DNA of 64,000 nt from Eledone cirrhosa (lineage: Eukaryota): NCBI GenBank assembly GCA_964016885.1, contig OZ024743.1, positions 74,028,001 to 74,092,000 on the forward strand, read 5' to 3'. Below, piece by piece: positions 51,601 to 64,000 of this stretch (within the stretch, counting starts at the first letter, position 1; each line of letters opens with the position of its first letter). The notes below the pieces were generated by a model, which was given only the letters and a program-made list of their open reading frames with translations, had not been told where the DNA came from and ran no database searches. The position numbers and the translations under genes were made by a program.

Positions 51601-54600
51601 TGTGAAAGTGATTGTCTAAATAATGTCTATACCACGTTTCTGATAGTGATTGTCTAAATAGTATCTATATCACTTTTGTGACAGTGATTGTCTAAATAAT
51701 GTACCTACCACGTTTGTGACAGTGATTGTCTAAATAATGTCTATACCACTTTTGTAACAGTGATTGTCTAAACAATGTCTATAACACCTTTGTGCCAGTG
51801 ATTGTCTAAATAATATCTATACCACTTTTGTGACAGTGATTGTCTAAATATTGTTTATATTACCTTTGTGACAGTGATTGTCTAAATAATGTTGGTACCA
51901 CTTTTGCGACAGTGATTGTCTGAATAATGTGTATATCACGTTTGCGACAGTGATTGTCTAAAAAATGTCTATACAACTTTTGTGACAGTTATTGTCTAAA
52001 TAATGTCTGCACCACTTTTGTGACTGTGATTGTCTAAGTAATGTCTCTACCCCTTTTGTGACAGCGATTGACTAAATAATGTGTCTACCACTTTTGTGAC
52101 AGTGATTGTCTAAATAATATGTCTACCTCTTTTGTGACAGTGATTGTCTAAATAATGTGTCTACCACTTTTATGACAATGATTGTCGAAATAATGTCTAT
52201 ACAACTTTTGCGACAGTGGTTGGCTAAATAATGTCTGTACCACTTTTGTGACAGTGATTGTCTGAAAAATGTCTATACCACTCTTGTGACAATGATTGTC
52301 TAAATGATGTGTCTACCACTTTAGTGACAGTTATTATCTAAATAATGTGTCTACCACTTTTGCGACAGTGATTGTCTGAATAATGTATCTACCACTTTTG
52401 TGACAGTGATTGTCTAAATAATGTTACTACCCCTTTTGTGACAGTGATTGTCTAAATAATGTCTACCACTTTTCTGACAGTGATTGTCTGAAAAATGTCT
52501 ATACCACTTTTGTGACAGTGATTGTCTAAATAATGTGTCTACCACTTTTGTGACAGTGATTGTCTAAATAATGTTACTACCCCTTTTGTGACAGTGATTG
52601 TCTAAATAATGTCTACCACTTTTCTGACAGTGGTTGTCTGAAAAATGTTACTACCCCTTTTATGTTAGTGATTGTCCAAATAATGTCTATACCACTTTCG
52701 TAACAGTGATTGTCTAAATAATGTCGGTACCACTTTTGTGACAATGATTGTCTAAATAATGTCCGTACCACATTTGTAACACTGATTGTCTAAATAATGT
52801 CTATATTACTTTTGTGACAATGATACTCTAAATAACGTCTATACCACTTATATGACAGTTATTGTCTAAATAATGTTTCTACCACTTTTGTGACAGTCAT
52901 TGTCTAAATAATGTCTATAACCCTTTTGTGACAATGATTGTCTTAATAATATCTGTATCACTTTTGTGACAGTGATTGTCTAAATAATGTGTCTACCACT
53001 TTTGTGACAGTGATTGTATAAATAATGTCTATACCACCTTTGGGAGAGTGATTGTCTAAATAATATCTATATCACTTTTGTGACAGTGATTGTCTAAATA
53101 ATGTGCCTACCACTTTTGTGAAAGTGATTGTCTAAATAATGTCTATACCACGTTTCTGATAGTGATTGTCTAAATAGTATCTATATCACTTTTGTGACAG
53201 TGATTGTCTAAATAATGTGCCTACCACGTTTGTGACAGTGATTGTCTAAATAATGTCTATACCACTTTTGTGACAGTGATTGTCTAAACAATGTCTATAA
53301 CACCTTTGTGCCAGTGATTGTCTAAATAATATCTATACCACTTTTGTGACAGTGATTGTCTAAATATTGTTTATATTACCTTTGTGACAGTGATTGTCTA
53401 AATAATGTTGGTACCACTTTTGCGACAGTGATTGTCTAAATAATGTGTATATCACGTTTGTGACAGTGATTGTCTAAAAAATGTCTATACAACTTTTGTG
53501 ACAGTTATTGTCTAAATAATGTCTGCACCACTTTTGTGACTGTGATTGTCTAAGTAATGTCTCTACCCCTTTTGTGACAGCGATTGACTAAATAATGTGT
53601 CTACCACTTTTGTGACAGTGATTGTCTAAATAATATGTCTACCTCTTTTGTGACAGTGATTGTCTAAATAATGTGTCTACCACTTTTATGACAATGATTG
53701 TCGAAATAATGTCTATACAACTTTTGCGACAGTGGTTGGCTAAATAATGTCTGTACCACTTTTGTGACAGTGATTGTCTGAAAAATGTCTATACCACTTT
53801 TGTGACAATGATTGTCTAAATGATGTGTCTACCACTTTTGTGACAGTGATTATCTAAATAATGAGTCTACCACTTTTGTGACAGTGATTGTCTGAATAAT
53901 GTATCTACCACTTTTGTGACAGTGATTGTCTAAATAATGTTACTACCCCTTTTGTGACAGTGATTGTCTAAATAATGTCTACCACTTTTCTGACAGTGAT
54001 TGTCTGAAAAATGTCTATACCACTTTTGTGACAGTGATTGTCTAAATAATGTGTCTACCACTTTTGTGACAGTGATTGTCTAAATAATGTTACTACCCCT
54101 TTTGTGACAGTGATTGTCTAAATAATGTCTACCACTTTTCTGACAGTGGTTGTCTGAAAAATGTTACTACCCCTTTTATGTTAGTGATTGTCCAAATAAT
54201 GTCTATACCACTTTCGTAACAGTGATTGTCTAAATAATGTCGGTACCACTTTTGTGACAATGATTGTCTAAATAATGTCCGTACCACATTTGTAACACTG
54301 ATTGTCTAAATAATGTCTATATTACTTTTGTGACAATAAAAATCTAAATAACGTCTATACCACTTATATGACAGTGATTGTCTAAATAATGTTTCTACCA
54401 CTTTTGTGACAGTCATTGTCTAAATAATGTCTATAACCCTTTTGTGACAATGATTGTCTTAATAATATCTGTATCACTTTTGTGACAGTGATTGTCTAAA
54501 TAATGTGTCTACCACTTTTGTGACAGTGATTGTATAAATAATGTCTATACCACCTTTGGGAGAGTGATTGTCTAAATAATATCTATATCACTTTTGTGAC

Positions 54601-57600
54601 AGTGATTGTCTAAATAATGTGCCTACCACTTTTCTGAAAGTGATTGTCTAAATAATGTCTATACCACGTTTCTGATAGTGATTGTCTAAATAGTATCTAT
54701 ATCACTTTTGTGACAGTGATTGTCTAAATAATGTACCTACCACGTTTGTGACAGTGATTGTCTAAATAATGTCTATACCACTTTTGTAACAGTGATTGTC
54801 TAAACAATGTCTATAACACCTTTGTGCCAGTGATTGTCTAAATAATATCTATACCACTTTTGTGACAGTGATTGTCTAAATATTGTTTATATTACCTTTG
54901 TGACAGTGATTGTCTAAATAATGTTGGTACCACTTTTGCGACAGTGATTGTCTAAATAATGTGTATATCACGTTTGTGACAGTGATTGTCTAAATAATGT
55001 CTATACAACTTTTGTGACAGTTATTGTCTAAGTAATGTCTCTACCCCTTTTGTGACAGCGATTGACTAAATAATGTGTCTACCACTTTTGTGACAGTGAT
55101 TGTCTAAATAATATGTCTACCTCTTTTGTGACAGTGATTGTCTAAATTATGTGTCTACCACTTTTGTGACAATGATTGTCGAAATAATGTCTATACAACT
55201 TTTGCGACAGTGGTTGGCTAAATAATGTCTGTACCACTTTTGTGACAGTGATTGTCTGAAAAATGTCTATACCACTTTTGTGACAATGATTGTCTAAATA
55301 ATGTGTCTACCACTTTTGTGACAGTGATTCTCTAAATAATGTCTATACCACGTTTGTGACAGTGATTGTCTAAATAATGTCTATATCACTTTTGTGGCAG
55401 TGATTGTCTAAATATTGTCTACATCACATTTATGATAGTGATTGTCTAAATAACGTCTATACGACTTATGTGACAGTGATTGTCTAAATAATGTCAATAC
55501 CACTTTTGTGACAGTGATTGTATAAATAATGTCTATACAACTTTTGTGACAGTGATTGTCTAAATAATGGCTCTACCACTTTTGTGACAGTGATTGTCTA
55601 AATAATGTGTATATCACTTTTATGACAGTGATTGTCTAAATAATGTCTCTACCACTTTTGTGACAGTGATTGTCTAAATGTCTGTACCACTTTTGTGACA
55701 GTGATTGTCTAAGTAATGTCTGTACCACTTTTGTGACAGTGATTGTCTAAATGATGTGTCTACCACTTTTGTGACAGTGATTGTCTAAATAATGTGTCCA
55801 CCACTTTTGTTACAGTGATTGTCTGAATAATGTATCTACCACTTTTGTGACAGTGATTGTCTATATAATGTCTGTACCACTTTTGTGACTGATTGTCTAA
55901 ATAAGGTCTATACCACTTTTGTGACAGTGATTGTCTAAATAAGGTCTATACCACTTTTGTGACAGTGATTGTCTAAATAATGTCTATACCATTTTTGTGT
56001 CAGTGATTGTCTAAATAATGTCTACCACTTTTGTGATAGTGATTGTCTAAAAAATGTCAATACCACTTTTGTGACAGTGATTGTCTAAAAACGTCTATAC
56101 CACTTTTGTGACAGTGATTGTATAAATAATGTCTATACCACTTTTGTGGCAGTAATTGTCTAAATATTGTCTACATCACATTCGTGATAGTTATTGTCTA
56201 AATAATGTCTATAGCTCTTTGCTGACAGTGATTGTTTAAATAATGTCTATACCACTTTTCTGACAGTGATTGTTTAAATAATATCTATATCACTTGTGTG
56301 ACGGTGATTGTCTAAATTATGTGTCTACCACTTTTGTGACAGTGATTGTTTAAATAATGTCAATAAACCTTTTGTGACAATGATTGTCTAAATAATATCT
56401 GTATCACTCGTGACAGTGATTGTCTAAATAATGTGTCTACCACTTTTGTGACGGTGATTGTATAAATAATGTGTATACCACTTTTGGGAGAGTGATTGTC
56501 TAAATAATATCTATATCACTTTTGTGACAGTGATTGTCTAAATAATGTGCCTACCACTTTTGTGAAAGTGATTGTCTAAATAATGTCTATACCACGTTTC
56601 TGATAGTGATTGTCTAAATAGTATCTATATCACTTTTGTGACAGTGATTGTCTAAATAATGTGCCTACCACGTTTGTGACAGTGATTGTCTAAATAATAT
56701 CTATACCACTTTTGTGACAGTGATTGTCTAAACAATGACTATAACACCTTTGTGCCAGTGATTGCCTAAATAATATCTATACCACTTTTGTGACAGTGAT
56801 TGTCTAAATATTGTTTATATTACCTTTGTGACAGTGATTGTCTAAATAATGTTGGTACCACTTTTGCGACAGTGATTGTCTAAATAATGTGTATATCACG
56901 TTTGTGACAGTGATTGTCTAAAAAATGTCTATACAACTTTTGTGACAGTTATTGTCTAAATAATGTCTGCACCACTTTTGTGACTGTGATTGTCTAAGTA
57001 ATGTCTCTACCCCTTTTGTGACAGCGATTGACTAAATAATGTGTCTACCACTTTTGTGACAGTGATTGTCTAAATAATATGTCTACCTCTTTTGTGACAG
57101 TGATTGTCTAAATAATGTGTCTACCACTTTTATGACAATGATTGTCGAAATAATGTCTATACAACTTTTGCGACAGTGGTTGGCTAAATAATGTCTGTAC
57201 CACTTTTGTGACAGTGATTGTCTGAAAAATGTCTATACCACTTTTGTGACAATGATTGTCTAAATGATGTGTCTACCACTTTTGTGACAGTTATTATCTA
57301 AATAATGTGTCTACCACTTTTGCGACAGTGATTGTCTGAATAATGTATCTACCACTTTTCTGACAGTGATTGTCTGAAAAATGTCTATACCACTTTTGTG
57401 ACAGTGATTGTCTAAATAATGTGTCTACCACTTTTGTGACAGTGATTGTCTAAATAATGTTACTACCCCTTTTGTGACAGTGATTGTCTAAATAATGTCT
57501 ACCACTTTTCTGACAGTGGTTGTCTGAAAAATGTTACTACCCCTTTTATGTTAGTGATTGTCCAAATAATGTCTATACCACTTTCGTAACAGTGATTGTC

Positions 57601-60600
57601 TAAATAATGTCGGTACCACTTTTGTGACAATGATTGTCTAAATAATGTCCGTACCACATTTGTAACACTGATTGTCTAAATAATGTCTATATTACTTTTG
57701 TGACAATAAAAATCTAAATAACGTCTATACCACTTATATGACAGTGATTGTCTAAATAATGTTTCTACCACTTTTGTGACAGTCATTGTCTAAATAATGT
57801 CTATAACCCTTTTGTGACAATGATTGTCTTAATAATATCTGTATCACTTTTGTGACAGTGATTGTCTAAATAATGTGTCTACCACTTTTGTGACAGTGAT
57901 TGTATAAATAATGTCTATACCACCTTTGGGAGAGTGATTGTCTAAATAATATCTATATCACTTTTGTGACAGTGATTGTCTAAATAATGTGCCTACCACT
58001 TTTGTGAAAGTGATTGTCTAAATAATGTCTATACCACGTTTCTGATAGTGATTGTCTAAATAGTATCTATATCACTTTTGTGACAGTGATTGTCTAAATA
58101 ATGTACCTACCACGTTTGTGACAGTGATTGTCTAAATAATGTCTATACCACTTTTGTAACAGTGATTGTCTAAACAATGTCTATAACACCTTTGTGCCAG
58201 TGATTGTCTAAATAATATCTATACCACTTTTGTGACAGTGATTGTCTAAATATTGTTTATATTACCTTTGTGACAGTGATTGTCTAAATAATGTTGGTAC
58301 CACTTTTGCGACAGTGATTGTCTGAATAATGTGTATATCACGTTTGTGACAGTGATTGTCTAAAAAATGTCTATACAACTTTTGTGACAGTTATTCTCTA
58401 AATAATGTCTGCACCACTTTTGTGACTGTGATTGTCTAAGTAATGTCTCTACCCCTTTTGTGACAGCGATTGACTAAATAATGTGTCTACCACTTTTGTG
58501 ACAGTGATTGTCTAAATAATATGTCTACCTCTTTTGTGACAGTGATTGTCTAAATAATGTGTCTACCACTTTTATGACAATGATTGTCGAAATAATGTCT
58601 ATACAACTTTTGCGACAGTGGTTGGCTAAATAATGTCTGTACCACTTTTGTGACAGTGATTGTCTGAAAAATGTCTATACCACTTTTGTGACAATGATTG
58701 TCTAAATGATGTGTCTACCACTTTAGTGACAGTTATTATCTAAATAATGTGTCTACCACTTTTGCGACAGTGATTGTCTGAATAATGTATCTACCACTTT
58801 TGTGACAGTGATTGTCTAAATAATGTTACTACCCCTTTTGTGACAGTGATTGTCTAAATAATGTCTACCACTTTTCTGACAGTGATTGTCTGAAAAATGT
58901 CTATACCACTTTTGTGACAGTGATTGTCTAAATAATGTGTCTACCACTTTTGTGACAGTGATTGTCTAAATAATGTTACTACCCCTTTTGTGACAGTGAT
59001 TGTCTAAATAATGTCTACCACTTTTCTGACAGTGGTTGTCTGAAAAATGTTACTACCCCTTTTATGTTAGTGATTGTCCAAATAATGTCTATACCACTTT
59101 CGTAACAGTGATTGTCTAAATAATGTCGGTACCACTTTTGTGACAATGATTGTCTAAATAATGTCCGTACCACATTTGTAACACTGATTGTCTAAATAAT
59201 GTCTATATTACTTTTGTGACAATGATACTCTAAATAACGTCTATACCACTTATATGACAGTGATTGTCTAAATAATGTTTCTACCACTTTTGTGACAGTC
59301 ATTGTCTAAATAATGTCTATAACCCTTTTGTGACAATGATTGTCTTAATAATATCTGTATCACTTTTGTGACAGTGATTGTCTAAATAATGTGTCTACCA
59401 CTTTTGTGACAGTGATTGTATAAATAATGTCTATACCACCTTTGGGAGAGTGATTGTCTAAATAATATCTATATCACTTTTGTGATAGTGATTGTCTAAA
59501 TAATGTGCCTACCACTTTTGTGAAAGTGATTGTCTAAATAATGTCTATACCACGTTTCTGATAGTGATTGTCTAAATAGTATCTATATCACTTTTGTGAC
59601 AGTGATTGTCTAAATAATGTGCCTACCACGTTTGTGACAGTGATTGTCTAAATAATGTCTATACCACTTTTGTGACAGTGATTGTCTAAACAATGTCTAT
59701 AACACCTTTGTGCCAGTGATTGTCTAAATAATATCTATACCACTTTTGTGACAGTGATTGTCTAAATATTGTTTATATTACCTTTGTGACAGTGATTGTC
59801 TAAATAATGTTGGTACCACTTTTGCGACAGTGATTGTCTAAATAATGTGTATATCACGTTTGTGACAGTGATTGTCTAAAAAATGTCTATACAACTTTTG
59901 TGACAGTTATTGTCTAAATAATGTCTGCACCACTTTTGTGACTGTGATTGTCTAAGTAATGTCTCTACCCCTTTTGTGACAGCGATTGACTAAATAATGT
60001 GTCTACCACTTTTGTGACAGTGATTGTCTAAATAATATGTCTACCTCTTTTGTGACAGTGATTGTCTAAATAATGTGTCTACCACTTTTATGACAATGAT
60101 TGTCGAAATAATGTCTATACAACTTTTGCGACAGTGGTTGGCTAAATAATGTCTGTACCACTTTTGTGACAGTGATTGTCTGAAAAATGTCTATACCACT
60201 TTTGTGACAATGATTGTCTAAATGATGTGTCTACCACTTTTGTGACAGTGATTATCTAAATAATGTGTCTACCACTTTTGTGACAGTGATTGTCTGAATA
60301 ATGTATCTACCACTTTTGTGACAGTGATTGTCTAAATAATGTTACTACCCCTTTTGTGACAGTGATTGTCTAAATAATGTCTACCACTTTTCTGACAGTG
60401 ATTGTCTGAAAAATGTCTATACCACTTTTGTGACAGTGATTGTCTAAATAATGTGTCTACCACTTTTGTGACAGTGATTGTCTAAATAATGTTACTACCC
60501 CTTTTGTGACAGTGATTGTCTAAATAATGTCTACCACTTTTCTGACAGTGGTTGTCTGAAAAATGTTACTACCCCTTTTATGTTAGTGATTGTCCAAATA

Positions 60601-63600
60601 ATGTCTATACCACTTTCGTAACAGTGATTGTCTAAATAATGTCGGTACCACTTTTGTGACAATGATTGTCTAAATAATGTCCGTACCACATTTGTAACAC
60701 TGATTGTCTAAATAATGTCTATATTACTTTTGTGACAATAAAAATCTAAATAACGTCTATACCACTTATATGACAGTGATTGTCTAAATAATGTTTCTAC
60801 CACTTTTGTGACAGTCATTGTCTAAATAATGTCTATAACCCTTTTGTGACAATGATTGTCTTAATAATATCTGTATCACTTTTGTGACAGTGATTGTCTA
60901 AATAATGTGTCTACCACTTTTGTGACAGTGATTGTATAAATAATGTCTATACCACCTTTGGGAGAGTGATTGTCTAAATAATATCTATATCACTTTTGTG
61001 ACAGTGATTGTCTAAATAATGTGCCTACCACTTTTCTGAAAGTGATTGTCTAAATAATGTCTATACCACGTTTCTGATAGTGATTGTCTAAATAGTATCT
61101 ATATCACTTTTGTGACAGTGATTGTCTAAATAATGTACCTACCACGTTTGTGACAGTGATTGTCTAAATAATGTCTATACCACTTTTGTAACAGTGATTG
61201 TCTAAACAATGTCTATAACACCTTTGTGCCAGTGATTGTCTAAATAATATCTATACCACTTTTGTGACAGTGATTGTCTAAATATTGTTTATATTACCTT
61301 TGTGACAGTGATTGTCTAAATAATGTTGGTACCACTTTTGCGACAGTGATTGTCTAAATAATGTGTATATCACGTTTGTGACAGTGATTGTCTAAATAAT
61401 GTCTATACAACTTTTGTGACAGTTATTGTCTAAGTAATGTCTCTACCCCTTTTGTGACAGCGATTGACTAAATAATGTGTCTACCACTTTTGTGACAGTG
61501 ATTGTCTAAATAATATGTCTACCTCTTTTGTGACAGTGATTGTCTAAATTATGTGTCTACCACTTTTGTGACAATGATTGTCGAAATAATGTCTATACAA
61601 CTTTTGCGACAGTGGTTGGCTAAATAATGTCTGTACCACTTTTGTGACAGTGATTGTCTGAAAAATATCTATACCACTTTTGTGACAATGATTGTCTAAA
61701 TAATGTGTCTACCACTTTTGTGACAGTGATTCTCTAAATAATGTCTATACCACGTTTGTGACAGTGATTGTCTAAATAATGTCTATATCACTTTTGTGGC
61801 AGTGATTGTCTAAATATTGTCTACATCACATTTATGATAGTGATTGTCTAAATAACGTCTATACGACTTATGTGACAGTGATTGTCTAAATAATGTCAAT
61901 ACCACTTTTGTGACAGTGATTGTATAAATAATGTCTATACAACTTTTGTGACAGTGATTGTCTAAATAATGGCTCTACCACTTTTGTGACAGTGATTGTC
62001 TAAATAATGTGTATATCACTTTTATGACAGTGATTGTCTAAATAATGTCTCTACCACTTTTGTGACAGTGATTGTCTAAATGTCTGTACCACTTTTGTGA
62101 CAGTGATTGTCTAAGTAATGTCTGTACCACTTTTGTGACAGTGATTGTCTAAATGATGTGTCTACCACTTTTGTGACAGTGATTGTCTAAATAATGTGTC
62201 CACCACTTTTGTTACAGTGATTGTCTGAATAATGTATCTACCACTTTTGTGACAGTGATTGTCTATATAATGTCTGTACCACTTTTGTGACTGATTGTCT
62301 AAATAAGGTCTATACCACTTTTGTGACAGTGATTGTCTAAATAAGGTCTATACCACTTTTGTGACAGTGATTGTCTAAATAATGTCTATACCATTTTTGT
62401 GTCAGTGATTGTCTAAATAATGTCTACCACTTTTGTGATAGTGATTGTCTAAAAAATGTCAATACCACTTTTGTGACAGTGATTGTCTAAAAACGTCTAT
62501 ACCACTTTTGTGACAGTGATTGTATAAATAATGTCTATACCACTTTTGTGGCAGTAATTGTCTAAATATTGTCTACATCACATTCGTGATAGTTATTGTC
62601 TAAATAATGTCTATAGCTCTTTGCTGACAGTGATTGTTTAAATAATGTCTATACCACTTTTCTGACAGTGATTGTTTAAATAATATCTATATCACTTGTG
62701 TGACGGTGATTGTCTAAATTATGTGTCTACCACTTTTGTGACAGTGATTGTTTAAATAATGTCAATAAACCTTTTGTGACAATGATTGTCTAAATAATAT
62801 CTGTATCACTCGTGACAGTGATTGTCTAAATAATGTGTCTACCACTTTTGTGACGGTGATTGTATAAATAATGTGTATACCACTTTTGGGAGAGTGATTG
62901 TCTAAATAATATCTATATCACTTTTGTGACAGTGATTGTCTAAATAAGGTGCCTACCACTTTTGTGACAGTGATTGTCTAAATAATGTCTATACTACGTT
63001 TCTGACAGTGATTGTCTAAATAGTATCTATATCACTTTTGTGACAGTGATTGTCTAAATAATGTGCCTACCACTTTTGTGACAGTGATTGTTTAATAATG
63101 TCTATACCACTTGTGTGACAGTGATTGTCTAAATAATGTGTATATCACTTTTGTGACAGTGAGTGTCTAAATAATGTGTATACCATTTTTGTGACAGTGA
63201 TTGTCTAAATAATGTCTATATCACTTGTGTGACGGTGATTGTGTAAATAATGTCTATACCACTTTTGTGACAGTGATTGTCTAAATAATGTCTATAACCC
63301 TTTTGTGACATTGATTGTCTAAATAATATCTGTATCACTTTTGTGCCAGTGATTGTCTAAATAATGTGTCTACCACTTTTGCGACGGTGATTGTATAAAT
63401 GATGTCTATACCACTTTTGGGAGAGTGATTGTCTAAGTGATATCTATATCACTTTTGTGACAGTGATTGTCTAAATAATGTGCCTACCACTTTTGTGACA
63501 GTGATTGTCTAAATAATGTCTATACCAGGTTTCTGACAGTGATTGTCTAAATAGTATCTATATCGGTTTTGTGACAGTGATTGTCTAAATAATGAGCCTA

Positions 63601-64000
63601 CCACTTTTGTGACAGGGATTGTCTAAATGATGTCTATACCACTTTTGTGACAGTGATTGTCTAAATAATGTGTATATCACTTTTGTGGCAGTGATTGTCT
63701 AAATAATGTCTATACAACGTTTGTGACAGTTATTGTCTAATTAATGTCTGTACCACTTTTCTGACAGTGATTGTCTAAGTAATGTCTGTACCACTTTTGT
63801 GACAGTGATTGTCTAAATGATGTGTCTACCCCTTTTTCGACAGCGATTGTCTAAATAATGTGTCTACCACTTTTGTGACAGTGATTGTCTAAATAATATG
63901 TCTACCACTTTTGTGACAGTGATTGTCTAAATAATATGTCTGTGCCACTTTTGTGACAGTGATTGTCTAAATAATGTCTATACAACTTTTGTGACTGGTT
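30640..64000. repeat. 38-bp satellite array (consensus CACTTTTGTGACAGTGATTGTCTAAATAATGTCTATAC), about 880 monomers, running off the window end
   Basis: 38-bp period measured (e.g. 30871, 30909, 30947); single orientation, no insertions seen, no ORFs in the track. Confidence 0.98.

Noticed and set aside
30640-64000. CRISPR-like array (constant ~23-nt dyad-containing block alternating with variable sequence)
   Set aside because: The variable parts are point variants of one consensus and recur periodically, so they are not unique spacers. There are no cas genes, and the context is eukaryotic.

Overview
Eukaryotic, AT-rich, gene-free repetitive DNA. The SINE and microsatellite content suggests a coleoid cephalopod such as Octopus (inference). 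Bases 1-30.6 kb are a patchwork of transposons set in (TA)n/(CA)n microsatellites: a young, 5'-truncated Naiad-type Penelope-like element (RT + GIY-YIG) with a 453-bp inverted pseudo-LTR, three further PLE fragments, an L1/Tx1-clade LINE lacking its whole RT domain, a deleted mariner, RTE fragments (one 5'-inverted inside a 33-bp minisatellite), tRNA-derived SINEs, a Helitron-like end and several foldback palindromes. Reading both strands by eye gave eight type I hammerhead-ribozyme motifs (six distinct sequences). One has an unusually long, branched stem II, and one has a non-canonical CCGACGA core and is present on both arms of a foldback. From about 30.64 kb to the end of the window is a single 38-bp satellite with nested higher-order periods (38 bp, 1,516 bp, 6,402 bp) and older variant layers at both edges. 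No host protein-coding gene, rRNA, true tRNA or CRISPR array is supported. All alignments and folds were done by eye.
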